Source: Squalus acanthias
Lineage: Eukaryota
DNA length: 64,000 nucleotides
Assembly (NCBI GenBank): GCA_030390025.1
Contig: CM059432.1
Coordinates: forward strand, 14,324,001 to 14,388,000
Direction: 5' to 3'
Positions 1-12,599 of the stretch are shown here, piece by piece. The number at the start of each line of letters is the position of its first letter. Position 1 is the first letter of the stretch. The position numbers and the translations under genes are program-made. The notes under the pieces are model-generated. The model saw nothing but the letters and a program-made list of their open reading frames with translations, searched no databases and was not told the origin of the DNA.

Positions 1-1879
1 GGTCCCATAAACAGCAGTGAGAAAAATGACCAGCTAATCTGTTTTAACAACCATGTCGTAACATTCACATGTCCCTCTTGCTCCTGCTTACCTCTTAACT
101 AGAGCTATGGAACTGGTCAGCAGTGCTGTCATTTTAAGGCCAACAATTAAAAAATAATTTCAAAATCCTCAAGTCTGAACTGAATATTGCTATGAAGCTG
201 CAGGTTATAAGTTCATATCATAAAGTACACCTGCAGCAGCTGAAAATCCAGTTTTCATGATCCTAAGCCTCAAGTTTGTCATCGCCCAAAGGGAAATTTG
301 CAATTTATCTGTCGAGTTGTTAAATCTCTTTGCAGTTTATACTTTTCTCGTGAACAACTGCTTTACCCATATGATTTGGCATAATCTGCAAACTTAATAC
401 CTTTATTGAAATAATTTATTAATACTAGCCTGCAGACGCTAAATAATAATTAATGCTCGTCAATCACTTGGCCACTGGGAAAAATTATTTTAAAAAAGGT
501 GAAATAAAAAGGAAAAGCTCTAAATGCTGGTTAATGTAGAAGAGGCATGCGGAGCGGGCCAAAGAAAAAGGGAAGGCATGCAGGAAAGCGGAGAGGTGAG
601 CAGAAACAGTTACAAAAGAGTCGGTCAGAAAGAGAGTCACAATCACGAAGACAGATACTGATTTTTAAAATAAAAAGAGAACATGCTGGAAACACACATC
701 AGGTCAGTCAGCATATAGAAAGAGAAACGGCAGGTTGTGACAGCTAGCAGATAAACAGGCATTTTAGTAAGGTTGGAAACTGAAAGAAAAAGCGGAGCGG
801 AGTAGTGCAGATTAAAAAAAACAGACGGACTAATCACAGAGAGGAAGCTGATGTGCGAATGACCTACAAACTGCTAATTAAAGATCATTTGCGCTTGAAG
901 ATTGAAAACGTCCTATAACTGGCGGTGGACCCTGATTTGCAAACACAAACAGCCTCCTGCCTGTTTCTGGGAGGAATGCTGGGCGGCCCCTTCCAAGCCT
1001 ACCCGTAAATTGTATCAGGCGGGCCTTGGGTGCCCAAGAGGTGCTGCTGTTTCCCTCCCATTTGCAACTGCCGTAAATTGCCCCAATCTTTAATAGTGTT
1101 GCAGAAAGGCAGTAGTGAGTGTTAATTTCACATTAACAGCACTTACGATGTTGGAAGAGTGCTTCTTTTCTTAAACAAAATTTACAACGTTTACTCCATG
1201 AATGAGGAAACTATTTTCTAATTAATTAATCTGTTTAGACCATTATGCCCGAGAAGCCATTACTAATGGTCGATACAAGTTTAATGCAGTATCATTAAAG
1301 CAGATGGATGGGAGGGGGACGACCAAAGAGGGTTCAGGAACCACATTTAGTTTATCATTTTCTTTTCTGAAAATCATTGCAGAAGTTGATTAAGAAAAAA
1401 TCTTTTTCAATGACTTGTACATTATGGATATTTTATAAAGTCTAAAATTAATAAAAGAGCAAAAAGGAGATCCAGATTGAGAAAGGTCCATTGTGTCCAC
1501 TTTATTCAGAGTCCTGTATGATTACTATATCACAGACTTCTCTCCCACACGCTTCCTTGATCCTCTACTTTAGGGAACGCTAATTTCCTTTCCCAGCCTT
1601 CAATAAAAAAAAATGACAATGTAATCTTTCCTGTCTGTCAAAATCGCTCCATGTATAATAAACAGAGGATACTCAATGATGTTTAAGACATTGATTTTAA
1701 ACGTTGAGGGAGCCCTGGCCTTCATTAAAAAATAAAACCACTATCTTACCTCTCACTGTCTATGACTCTCACCACATCTTGGTAATACAGAGAACAACTT
1801 GTGGATAAACATCAAAATGTGCTTCACAGGGGTGTAAGGAATATGGACGTCCAGCGAAGATGGAAAATTTAAGAGGGAT

Positions 1880-2965
1880 GATCAAAGGCTTGGTGAAAAA
1901 GGTGGGGTTTATGGAGGGTCTCCTTAAGGATGAGAGAGAGGTAGAGGGGTTTAGGGAGGGATTTCCAGAGAGTGGGACCATGGTGGTTGATGGCACCAGA
2001 GGCCAGAGTCAGAGGAATGGAGTGAACTGGGGGGGAAGATGTAGGGCGGCTGATGAATGGGCCGGATATTCCGATCCCTATGGGTGGGTAAGCGCTGTGT
2101 ACCCACCCGTAGGGACATTGGAAATGCCGGTTTCAGGCATGCACAGCGCATGCGCTGGAAACCGGCATTCCCGACCTGTCAAGAAAGCTCTTGACAGATC
2201 CTCCGGCTGCCCTGGAGAAGGGCCTCTGCGGGCGGAGAGTTCCGCTTTTTGGAGACCCTCCGCCCGCAGAAAACACTTACAATTCTTGCGCCTGGTAAAA
2301 GCAGGCGTAAGGCCTGCTTTTACCAGGATAAGAGTTGAAAAAAGTAAAAAAAAAAAAAAATTTCCACTGATTTATCATTTTAAAATACTTTAAAGAAAGG
2401 TAAGTTTATTTTTAGCCCCGTTAAAAACTTTAATTATTTTTTTCAAAAATTTAAATTTTTGTTTAAAATAGTTAATTTATATAATTTCAAGTCATTTTAA
2501 AAATGTGATTTAAAAAAAATTTTATTTAAAGTTTTACTATGTTTTGGGGTGATCTCTATTCATATATTTGACAGGTCTTCCTGTCAAATGTATGAAGGGA
2601 GATTCCCTTCTCTGATTGGCTCCCCATGGCCCACATGATCCCAGGGACGCAGTGAACCGCCTGCGCCTCTGGGATACGTGGGCCCTGCGCACCGGCAGTT
2701 TGGAGAGCCCCAGCAGCGGAACTGTGCGCCTCCTGGGAGCCCTCCGGTCTTGGCGCAGATTTTTCCAGATCGCAGCCCTCCGCCCGCGGGAGGCCTGCGA
2801 TCGGAATATCTGGGCCAATATTACAGATGGGGAGGAGGGAGGCCATGGAAGAATTTAAACACAAGGATAAGAATTTTAAATTGGAGGCACTGAGAGACTG
2901 GGAGCCAATGTAGGTCAGTGAGGATAGGGGTGATGAGTGAACTGGACTTGGCGTGCGATGAGATA
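1880..2965 (-). mobile_element. Decayed L2-clade LINE 3' fragment, interrupted by a MITE
   Basis: Matches the in-window L2 3' region (gagagaggtagaggggtttagggagggatttccagag...aggataagaattttaaattg) seen at 42400-42650 and 53650-53990. Confidence 0.75.
2059..2816. mobile_element. Non-autonomous PIF/Harbinger-type MITE (family A)
   Basis: TIRs gggccggatattccgatc / gatcggaatatctgggcc (16/18), 3-bp TSD AAT (2056-2058, 2817-2819). AT-rich core shared with 27121-28001. Confidence 0.85.
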
Positions 2966-3345
2966 TGGGTATTTTTTTTTTAACCAAAATGTACCACCTT
3001 ACACTTACTGACATTGAATTCCATCAGCCACTTTTTTGCCCATTCCATCCTTTTAGCAGTACCCTCCTGCAGCCTCCTATGCCTTTTGAATTATTTACGA
3101 TGCTTCCTATTTTAGTATCGTCTGCAAATTTGGACATCACTCCCTCTAGCCCTATATCCAAATCACTGATGTACACAGTAACAGAAGCAGTCCCAGAACA
3201 GATCCCTATGGGACACCGCTACCCACTTCCACTCGAAGAAACTGCCCCACTCTGTGTTTCCTCCTTTTAACCAGTTTCTAATGCAATTTGCTATCCTTCC
3301 CCTAATCCCATACCCCTTAATCTTCTCCAGTAGTTTCCTGTGTGG
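2966..3345 (-). mobile_element. Old CR1-type LINE RT fragment
   Basis: Minus-strand PHRKLLEKIKGYGIRGRIANCIRNWL and a KFADDT-like motif (gtatcgtctgcaaatttg). Confidence 0.7.
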
Positions 3346-3831
3346 GGTCGAATTCAATTTCACAACTTGCCATGTGGGATTTGCACTCACGACCCTCTGT
3401 GTTTCTATTCCAGTGCCATAATCACTAGGCCACCATACACTGCATCATAGACAGTTTTTGAACGTTCTGCAATACTAATAGCCGCTGAGCTTAACTTGAC
3501 AGCATTTTCTCTAAGTAACAATAAACATAAGAGACAAAAAGAGAGCGAGGGAGAGATTCTACGAGATCAATCTCCATTAAAATGAGATGCTTATTTGGGT
3601 GCAGCACTGATTCTCAAGTTGCCGAACAGCCAGACGACAATGCAACTATGTAGTAAGTTTTGTTCAGTCCCTGCAATTTCACATCCAACAACATGGTTCC
3701 ACTTTTAGCCATCTCAATAACATGCGATGTTGAGTGAACCCTGCTGGGATTTGAATCCAGGAATTGTTTAGCCCTGGGGCTGATACTTAGCTGACTGAGT
3801 TGCCTAAACTCACAACTACCGTGGACACATA

Positions 3832-4280
3832 AAAAAAGAAAGAACTTTTGTGTTTAAAGAGAGTTTTTCATGTCACCCCAAAATGCTTCAAAGGCGATTA
3901 AGTAATTTTGAAGTGCAGTCACTATTGTAATGTAGGCAAATCCGGATCCAATTTGTGCATAGCGAAGTCCCACAAACAGCAACGAGACAAATAACCAGAT
4001 AATCTGCATTTTGGTGATGTTAATTGAGGGATAAACATTGTCCAGGACGCTTGAAAACTCTCCTGCTCTTCCTTGAATAGTGCCATGAAATCCTTTACAT
4101 CCATCTGAGCCGGCAGATGGGGCCTCAGTTTACATGTCATCTGAAAGACACCACCCTCTGACAGTGCAGCACTTTCTCAGTACTGCACTGAAGTGTCAGC
4201 TGGCTTCTGTGCTCTAGTCTGTAGTGGGGTTTAAACCAATGCTCTTTTGACTTAGAGACAAGAGTACTACCACCGAGCCA
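3832..4280 (-). mobile_element. tRNA-derived Deu-domain SINE (SacSINE1-like), decayed
   Basis: Colinear with the better-preserved copies at 39092-39540 and 62353-62789. Confidence 0.8.
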
Positions 4281-4649
4281 AGGGAAAGAACGGCAAAGAA
4301 CCTTGGTGCAGAGGTCAAAGGGGAAGACTTTTGTGTTGATAACTGACAGCTGAAGACCATACTTTGTTTGACTGTGTTACAATTGCTAACATTTTTAAAC
4401 ATGCAGGAGTAGATTTTGGTCTGGGCCTGTTGTCGGGCCCAGACTCGATGCTGTGCCCGAACCAAGAGGCCCGAGGATCGATGGAAATCGGTCCTCGACT
4501 GTCATCAGCGCGAGCTGCTGGTGCTGGCCGCTAACCAAATAGACATCAATGCCAGGCCGCCTGCCTCACCAGCGGGATACGGAACGGGTGGGGGAGCGAT
4601 CGGTGGAGCACTCCTGCTCCTCCTGGTTTCACAGGATTTTTTTTTTAAT

Positions 4650-4958
4650 AGTAGTCACTGTTATTATGCAGTAAATGCAGCAGCTAATTTGAATGCAGCA
4701 AAGTGCCCCAAACAGCAACTGAATCGATGACCTGTTTTTGATGGTGATGGTCGAAGGGAGAATGTTTGACCGGGGCACCGAAGGAATTCCCCTGCTCTTC
4801 TTCAAATGGTGCCATGGGATGTTTTATGTCCTCTTCAGCAGGTAGACGGGGTCTCCCATTTATGGCAACTCTGGCAATGCAGCACTCCCTCAGTACTGCA
4901 CTGAAGTGTCGGTCTAGTTTATTGGCTCAAGTTTGTAGTGCGGCTTGAACTCACAAGC
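4650..4958 (-). mobile_element. Deu-domain SINE fragment
   Basis: gtgccatgggatgtttta...gcagcactccctcagtactgcactgaagtgtc shared with the other copies. Confidence 0.7.
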
Positions 4959-6403
4959 TTAAAATATATATTTCAGCCACCCGAGCTCCATCACTACTTG
5001 GACATCACCAGCCTTATCTCGGAGTGACATATCTCGGAGACCTAATAATGTGATAACAAGCTTCAAATGTAGAAGCATCATTTACAAACAGGATTTTGTC
5101 TATTGGCTATCATATCACACTGCACTTCAGTCAGTTCCTCAGCTGGAGCATTTTACTTCACATAAAAGATTTGTTGTGATTGTGTTCTGCTCTGAAGTGA
5201 AGGGTGACAGCTGAGTAGAACACTGTTTCTGCTTTTCGTTCAGTGAAAGGAGTAAGCATTGTAGGAATAGGTACAGTACAGGTGAGATGGAAACACACTG
5301 TTCCCTACATTGGCCTAACAACGAACATCAACCCTTAAACCTTAGGGTGCAAAATTACAAATCAGGCCTGGGTGGAAATGTGGTGGATCCACCGTCAGGG
5401 GAGTCAGAATACTGGGCGGAATACAATTCTGCTGGGATTCCCCCCTTTTGCACTCCGATTTCCCAGGTACGGGAGGAAAGCATGATTCTTCTGCCTGCCC
5501 CCTTGCCACAACAAGGAGACATATCTGGGAGAGTCCCCAGGCTACCCTGGGAATTTCACCCATTACAGTCTCAGTAGGCCTCAGAGGAACTGATGCCAGC
5601 TGAGAGCTGGGGTGAGTCCTGCTGAGGCACCAGTAAAGGCTCCAGAAGTCTTGAACCATGGGTAACCGATCCCGGAGGCCATTGATTACCTTGACGGTCT
5701 GAGGTCATTCCCAAGCCTCTTCTCAGCTATCGGAGTGGCATGATGCCACTGATGCATCCTTTCAGATATGGGCCGCCTGTCTCCATAATTTGGAACAGGG
5801 TCTGAGGTTCCCGGATTTGGCAGACTTAGGACTCGCTCTGCCGCACTTCCACCGGTGAAGTGGCCCCATTGGAATTTTTGGGGCCCAGGAAATCATCTTA
5901 TATTGTACCAGTGTTGCATTTCCATGCCCTGTACTCTATGCTTAGGTCCTAAATACATTTAATACATGCTGACTTAAGAGAAACCATATGCTTTGACTCA
6001 AAATACTCTAGCTTTAGTACGGAGACTGGTCAGACACACTTAATTAAAGACAAGTATTGGCCACCATAGCGTGAGAGAGGAGACTCTATTGCCATCCATA
6101 TGGAATGGATCCAGGTTCCAGAGATTAACTGATAGTGCTGTAACACACTGTACAACCTAGCCTTTCCCTTCACTCCAATTTCAGTCATTGCCACTCATCT
6201 CATTCTTCTGAAATTGTATAACTTAGAACGTTTGGCAATGATAAACTTGATCAAAGAACATACGATCCAGTTTCAATGTAATAACACAGGTAACTCGTTC
6301 TTAAACTAAAACCAAGAATCTCTCCGCCAATATTTATTAAACGGATAGTTCAAACGGCACTAAGGTTGGAAACAAAGAACTTACAGCAGTGAGGCAGGCA
6401 GGG

Positions 6404-6442
6404 TTAGAGTCCCCAGGGGGTGGTTAGTAAGAGAGTTTGGCT
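6404..6442 (-). CDS. MTCL1: MTCL1 short stop-containing exon (CDS part; full exon 6442-6385), encodes SQTLLLTTPWGL*
   Basis: Strong pyrimidine tract TTTTTTTTCTCCTGTCTGTTCTGCCCAG|AGC, in frame with the phase-0 donor at 10971. Peptide resembles the recalled human MTCL1 C-terminus NQTVLLTAPWGL. TAA at 6406-6404, then donor T|GTAAGT at 6385/6384. Confidence 0.88.
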   Translation of the reverse strand, partial: SQTLLLTTPWGL

Positions 6443-7359
6443 CTGGGCAGAACAGACAGGAGAAAAAAAATAAGACAAGATAAAGAGCAATGTTACACAT
6501 TGAAACAGTTGTTATTAAACAGGGGCAATAAGGATCAGGTTCCTGAATTCTGTAAGTAGCAGTGTTACAGGACACTCTCCAAATAGATCAGTCGCAGATG
6601 AAGAAACAGATACTCGTACAACATGTCAGGACTTGTAAACTTTCCCCACTGACTCAGTTACAGAATGGGAACTTTCCAACACGAGCAACCTATTGTTGTA
6701 GCCCATTTGTAATTCTATTGTGGCGTGTGCTAATTGTTCACTAACTGAAAATCAATTGACAAATGAAGCATCGGCTTTGACCAAAGTGTCTCCGATTTAC
6801 TGATTTAGAGGCAACGAGGTTTGACTAATTTATTGAGGATCTTGGGATCAAAAGAGAACTGAAGATCTCAACCTATGCTGCTGACTGTGCACCTGCCCAG
6901 CAGCACAGACCTCCGATAGGTGTCTGCAGCAGCACTTAAAGGCTAACCCCTGCCCCAGCCATTGCGTTTGATACAAAAGCTCATATCGATCTACCCACAA
7001 TATAAACCCACAGATTATATACCAAAGATTATAAATCAAAAAGAAACAGCTGAAAAATATCAATTTGATGTAAGATTACATACATATAAATAGTTTATAC
7101 CTTGCAAATATAGCAAGGTATACAATTTCAAAGCTTTTCTTGTCTTCGTTGTTGATTAAAAAAAAATCAATTTAAGATGTCTTAATCCAGAGAGCAATGG
7201 CCGCCTGGTGGAGTCAGCAGGGGACTCGTCCCTGTTTCTGGGACAACCCTCATTTGCATTCTTCTTCCTGTCATCATGCACACTATAGGAAACTGGCTCA
7301 TTGATGTTGAAAACCCTTGTCTAGAGCACATATGAACGTCATTCCACTTTTCTTGGAGG

Positions 7360-7500
7360 GGAAGCTGGCACATAACAGGAAGGAGACAACCAGCAAAGGA
7401 GGAGGACCCGCTTCACGGCAAACACTGACCCCTATGGAAGAGGTCACCACTGACACCATAGGAAGACACACAGCAGTCAGTAGTCGAGATGGCGAGGCTA
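7360..7500 (+). mobile_element. Harbinger Myb/SANT-like ORF remnant (segment after the Myb domain)
   Basis: Translation GKLAHNRKETTSKGGGPASRQTLTPMEE resembles the K.AHN..E...TGGG....LTP.EE segment I recall from Harbinger-associated Myb-like proteins. Confidence 0.55.
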
Positions 7501-7532
7501 AGACTTGGCACAGCAGAGTGTGTTGGCATCTT

Positions 7533-7818
7533 ACATAGAATTTACAGAACATTCGGCCCAATAGGTCCATGCATGCGTTTATGCTCCACACGAGCCCCCT
7601 CCCACCCTTCTTCATCTAACCCCCATCAACATATCCTTCTATTCCTTTCTCCCTCATGTGTTTATCTAGCTTCTGGATCTATGCTATTTGCCTCAACTAC
7701 TCCTTGTGGTAGCGAGTTCCACATTCTAACCACTCTCTGAGTAAAGAGGTTTCTCCTGAATTCCCTATTGGATTTATTAGTGACTATCTTATATAGCCCC
7801 TACTTCTGGTCTCGCCCA
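7533..7818 (-). mobile_element. CR1-type LINE 3' fragment
   Basis: acatagaatttacag tail plus the reverse complement of FTQRVVRMWNSLPQGVVEA. Near-identical to 13150-13572 and 56915-57226. Confidence 0.85.
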
Positions 7819-8924
7819 ATGAGGTCATTAGTGCTAGACAGACTAATGAGGCTAACCTTGATGACCTGGGTTCTGTGGGCTTAGACCTACTTATGAACTT
7901 GGTGCATTGGCATTTTGATGGTGATTCCACTTTAATATTTTATTTTAAAGTATCTTCCCCCCCCCCCCCCAAAAAAGTGAATTCCTGGCATCTTCATTGT
8001 TCTTCAATTGGGTGGGTGGAGCTTCTCAGCACACAGAATCAACGGTCTTTGGACGATCTGATCTGACTTGCCTGAAAGTTTCCATAAATGTAGAAAATGG
8101 ATACACCTACCCAGCCACTTTCTCCCCAGCCCCCATCTCTTACATACCAAGCAGACTAGACAGCCAGTTCTAGGGATTCTGAGTGCCAAATTTCAGACAG
8201 GGTTGGTTTTCCTGTCAGGAGTCTAATAACTGCAGTCAAGATTGGAGCTTGAAGTGGATTTTCCAGGGAAGAACACATTGATGTTGTTTTCATCAGAACA
8301 GGAAGGCATCAGAGTAAGCGGCTATATTAGCACCAAAAACGCAATATGCTGTACATTAGCACTGATTATTTTCGAAAAGTTTTGAAACTTAAAATCAAGA
8401 TTGGGCCAGTGAAAGGGTTAGTAGCTTTTCAAATATTAATTTTTGGAACATATATAATATTGAAAACATTGCTGGCATTGTAGTTCTGTTTATAAAACCA
8501 AAATAAATTGTTGCTATAATTGCAGTGAGCGCTGCTTCAGCTCATAGGCTGTTTATGACTATTACCACCCTTATATCGGTGCACTGAGTTACGCTGTAGG
8601 CTCAATCTGGACTCGGGATACCGGTCCCAGGTCCCCAGTTGTTTCAGTGCTGCGAACTCCAGACCTTTTAGATTCGATTGTGTGGGCGTGTAACAAAGGT
8701 GGCAGTGCGATGATACCTCGTCACAGAAGTAGCCTCTCTTTTCTCTCAGAGACCCATGAGTTATATCAAATATTGTCTCGTGGTGTTACAGTAGGCACTT
8801 GCTTATTCTGTGGGTCAGCAGGCTCCAAAGGATTGGCACTCATGTCACGAGGAGGGGTTTGTCCCGGAGTTTTTCAAACCGAACTGTAGCATAAACTTTG
8901 AAATGTAAATTAGGTATCAGTCTC

Positions 8925-9290
8925 ATAGGAACAGGAGTAGGCCATTCAGCCCCTCAAGCCTGTTCCGCCATTCAATGAGATCACGGCTGATCGGTATCCT
9001 AACTCCATTTACCCGGCTTGGCTCCCTATCCCTTAATACCCTTGTCTAGCAAAACTCTATCGATCTCAGATTTAAAATGATTAATTGAGCCGACATCTAC
9101 TGCTTTTTTGTGGGAGGGAGTTCCACACTTCTACCACCCTTTGTGTGATGAAGTGTTTCCTAACCTCTCTCCTGAATGGCCTGGCTCTGATTTTGAGGTT
9201 ATGCCCCCTTGTCCTAGACTCCCCCACCAGCAGATAACGTTTCTCTGTATCTACCCTGTCAATTCCTTTCAAGATCCTAAAAACTTAAAT
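8925..9290 (-). mobile_element. CR1-type LINE 3' fragment
   Basis: ORF 9081-9272 KGIDRVDTEK..GESRTRGHNLKIRARPFRREVRKHFITQRVVEVWNSLPQ is a typical CR1 ORF2 C-terminus. Confidence 0.9.
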
Positions 9291-9689
9291 CCTAAAAGTC
9301 TCCTAATTACAGGTGACTTATTTGTTAGCTCCTTCTTTCAGTTCTCGGCATTCACAGTGCAAAACAAAAGCAGCCTCAGAATGTCAAAACGTTCCTTTAT
9401 ATGTGCAAAAGGATATAGGACTCATTTTCGACTGACTTATTCCTCCTACAAATGTGGCAAAATCTCAGTTGCAAGGCTCACTCTGGAGCTCATTTTAATT
9501 CCTGCAGACGGCTGCCAGATTTACTATCTCAGTCCTTACTGCTCGCACCCTCTTGCAGCCATTTCTTGTTCCCCTTTGCTGGCTCCTTCCTCTCCTACCA
9601 CTACTGCTTCCCAAGAAAATTAAGGATAAAAATAAAGTTAACATTTTTTTCAAGGCTTTCTGAAAGCTCAGTGACTTTACTCAGTGAAC

Positions 9690-10040
9690 CCCGAAGATCA
9701 GATGTCCCTGCGTTCAGTTATTGGTCTGTGCTAAGCTAACTGATCTCAGCCTGGTCAGTGCGACCCTTGCCTCAGTGCTCTTGGGTCATGCAGGGGAAGT
9801 CATTCAGGGTCCTGATCACTATCCAGTCACCCTCGTTGGAAAACATATGTACGTGGATGTCAGGCAACGGTAGGATTGGGTCTGATTGTGATGAGCCGTA
9901 GTGTTACATCACCGGCCAACTCTAAAAGTCCAAGTCAAGCATGACCAATGCGCCAATGGATGAGGTACCAAAGGGCAAAATGGTGCCAGTGGAAATACAT
10001 CAGTGTAAGACCGGGGGCTTTCAGGAGACGAAAGGAGAAA
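9690..10040 (+). mobile_element. Old tRNA-derived SINE, AmnSINE2-like
   Basis: tgtgctaagctaactgatctcagcc...ctatccagtcaccc...ggattgggtctgattgtgatg. Related copies at about 13030-13800(-), 42680-43690(+), 45030-45270(-), 45570-45760(+), 52050-52405(+). Family name from recall. Confidence 0.55.
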
Positions 10041-10970
10041 GCTCACGCGTGGACATACTTGTGAAGTAAATCGACCTTCACTCTACCAGCCCAAGATGAG
10101 ATGTGACAGTGGTGGTAGGGGGAAAAAGGACATGGCAACAGGGATGGGGAACTGGCATCGTGAAGGTCGGCAGCATGTGCAGAATTTTCTACCCACTGGA
10201 GTCACCACGCAGTGCAATATCGGGTCAGTCCAGCGGGAGGAGCAAGTCTGGAATAAAGCACCAGCTCTCAGCATAAACCAGGCACTCAAGTGAGATCCAA
10301 AATAGAAGTTACAAATTGAGCCAATCCATAGGTCCCCCACTGATTTTAATGTGAACCAAAACATATGAACCATCGATCAGCAACTGCACCACAAAACAGA
10401 CCAAGTCCAGGACAGGTTCCAAAGTTAGCACGCTGTCACCAAATCCCTTGAAGTGGTGACCCGAGAAGATGCACTTTTACTTTCACTCTGATTAGTGCGA
10501 CACTTTGGCCAGGAAGGAGACCCGCAGATACTCACAAGGTGTAAAAGCCGCTTGCTTTTGTTTGTTGCGGCAGTTTGACAAATTTCTCAGCTCTAGAGAG
10601 CAAACCTGACCCTGATTTAAAACTCTGGGCAGCTTTGCACTGCGGGCACATGCTCACCGTGAACAAGGTCAAAACTAGCTAAAAAAAAACAACCAGCAGC
10701 CTTTAACAGCAGCCAATGTGAGAGGACGTTTATCTCGCTGCCTTGGCCCACAATTAGATCCTTCAGTGGATCAATTCACCATCACTCGCACAGTGTTAGG
10801 ATTTAGTTGGCTGTGAAGTCCTAAATACAACTCTTGAGGCACAGAATTGGCCTGCCTCCCCTCGACCTGTTACAGCTTTGTGAATGCAGCCACAGATCTT
10901 TCTGCAAAGTGCGCAGAAATATATATTGTTTTAATGATTAAAGACAGAAAGGGTAAAGAACAAATATTAC

Positions 10971-12525
10971 CTCAAGGGAGTTCGGGGAAGCTCCATCTGC
11001 ATCTTCTGCCTTAGCGTCGTCGTTGGCAGGTATCTGGTTGTTCTTAGTTTGACTTTGTTCCTCATTAAAGGCCTGCTCAAGAAGTTGTTGGTTTAAGACC
11101 CTGGCAGGACTTTCAGTCAGTGTATATCCTGGAGAAATAGACAGTTCCTGCTTCACAATGAGATCCTCACCGTCTGCTTCTATCTCTGATTCGATGGTCA
11201 CGCAGACTGGGCTTGGCGATCTGCCACGAACACTCTTCAAAAACTCTTGAACTAAGACATAATTTGACCTGGGTTCTGCGGGCTTAGACCTACTTATGGA
11301 CCTGGACAACCTCTGTACAGTGTCGCAAACTATAGGCGTGTGATCTATAATATTGAACAAACTCGAAAGGCCGTCATTAATGGTAGTGTGAACTGGACTG
11401 TCTCGGGTGGTAGTTGATCTTGCCCAGGCTGATTCATTAAATCCCTTCTGTGGGTTGGCGGGCAAAATTCGATCTTTTGGCTGATCAGGTTTCGGTGGAA
11501 TTTTTCTTTGCAGCTTTGGGGAGCCGTATTTTGGTGAACAGCATGCGCGTTCAAATTTTGCCTGCATTTTCTCAACTCCAGGAGCCACCTGTTTATTCCG
11601 TAAACTTCGTGAGGGCGATGAAACTGGAGTTGAGCCTCCTTTTGGTGTCAAACACTTGTGTGGACTGCTGGTGATGCTCCTAAGACACTCCGTCTGCAGA
11701 CCTACACTGATGGTCTGGGTGGTCTGTGTTCCTGTACTTGTAACACCATTAGTCTGACATGCAATGTCTTTGAACTGGGGCTCCATTGAGTTAGAACGTA
11801 TTCGACTTATGACTGAGTGAGCTACTTCTTTCATGTCGTCACTCATGTTGCCAGATATTTTAAGATCATGTAGGGATGAAGCAAAGCCAACAGTACTACA
11901 GATTGGGTGCTCCATTGGATGGAGACCACCCTCCAGCAGATCTTTGTGGTGCTTGCCAATGTCACATGGCCATCTTCCAAATACATCTGGTGATCCTCCC
12001 TTTGGCTCAACTACATTCCCATTTGACTTGATCTTGGAAAAAGCATAGTCTGAATCAACCACTTTCGTCCCATCATTATTAGGATGCGCTGACCCATCAA
12101 ACCTACGGATCACCGGTGGGCTGTGATAGAGTCGCATTCCTATTTTATCTGGAACCATGCTGCTTCGTGGTAGCTGCTTTTGAGTGTAATCTTGGCTGCT
12201 CACTGTGTTGGTTGTCATAGTGACACTAGTTGTGAGGTACCAAGAAGTAGCTTGGAAAGGTTCTGAAGGTAAACTGCTAACCATTTTCTCACTTTCAGTC
12301 TTTTCCGTCCAGGCTTCCATTGGTTTATCCCTGTTAGTGTATTCCCAGTTTTTTCTGTTGAACTCTTCAATGTACTTCAGGTCATCCGGAGACAATGGTG
12401 GGGTCGCCTCATCCTTAGTGATGTATCTCTGTTGTTCAGGGTCACCAGGTAAGTGCTTCTCGGGGAGAAAAGGGGAACTGTCCATCAAACGTTGGAACTC
12501 TGACATGGAAGAAACCGACTTTGCC
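10971..12525 (-). CDS. MTCL1: MTCL1 large coding exon, 1555 nt, phase 2-0 (Ser/Pro-rich C-terminal region)
   Basis: Acceptor TTATTCAAAG|G, donor GAG|GTAATA. Contains SVSSMSEFQRLMD, TPPLSPDDLKYIEEFN, QAKFERACCSPKYGSPKLQRK and SAWARSTTTRDSPVHTTINDGLSSLFNIIDH. The last motif is the MTCL1 rather than the SOGA1 version as I recall them. Confidence 0.96.
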
Positions 12526-12599
12526 CTTTGAATAAGACAAGAACATTTTTAGTTGTGTCTTATGGATGAAAAATGACAGTGTACTGCCAACAATAACAG

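Noticed and set aside
5139..5321. Possible terminal exon (KQCSTQLSPF..)
   Set aside because: Poor pyrimidine tract before the AG and no convincing similarity to the expected tail. The terminal exon was not located and may lie left of the window.
10536..10592. Cryptic minus-strand exon (CTCTCTAG acceptor, GTGAGT donor)
   Set aside because: The first acceptor gives an immediate stop, there is no homology, and such site pairs occur by chance.
10938..12506. 522-aa ORF as a stand-alone single-exon gene
   Set aside because: It is bounded by splice sites at 12525 and 10971 and joins in frame to neighbouring exons. The ATG is internal and VIFVLYPFCL is intron read-through.
10938..12506. Assignment to the paralog SOGA1/MTCL2 or SOGA3
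   Set aside because: SPVHTTINDGLSSLFNIIDH, PGYTLTE and the PWGL tail fit MTCL1 as I recall it. A reciprocal BLASTP would confirm.
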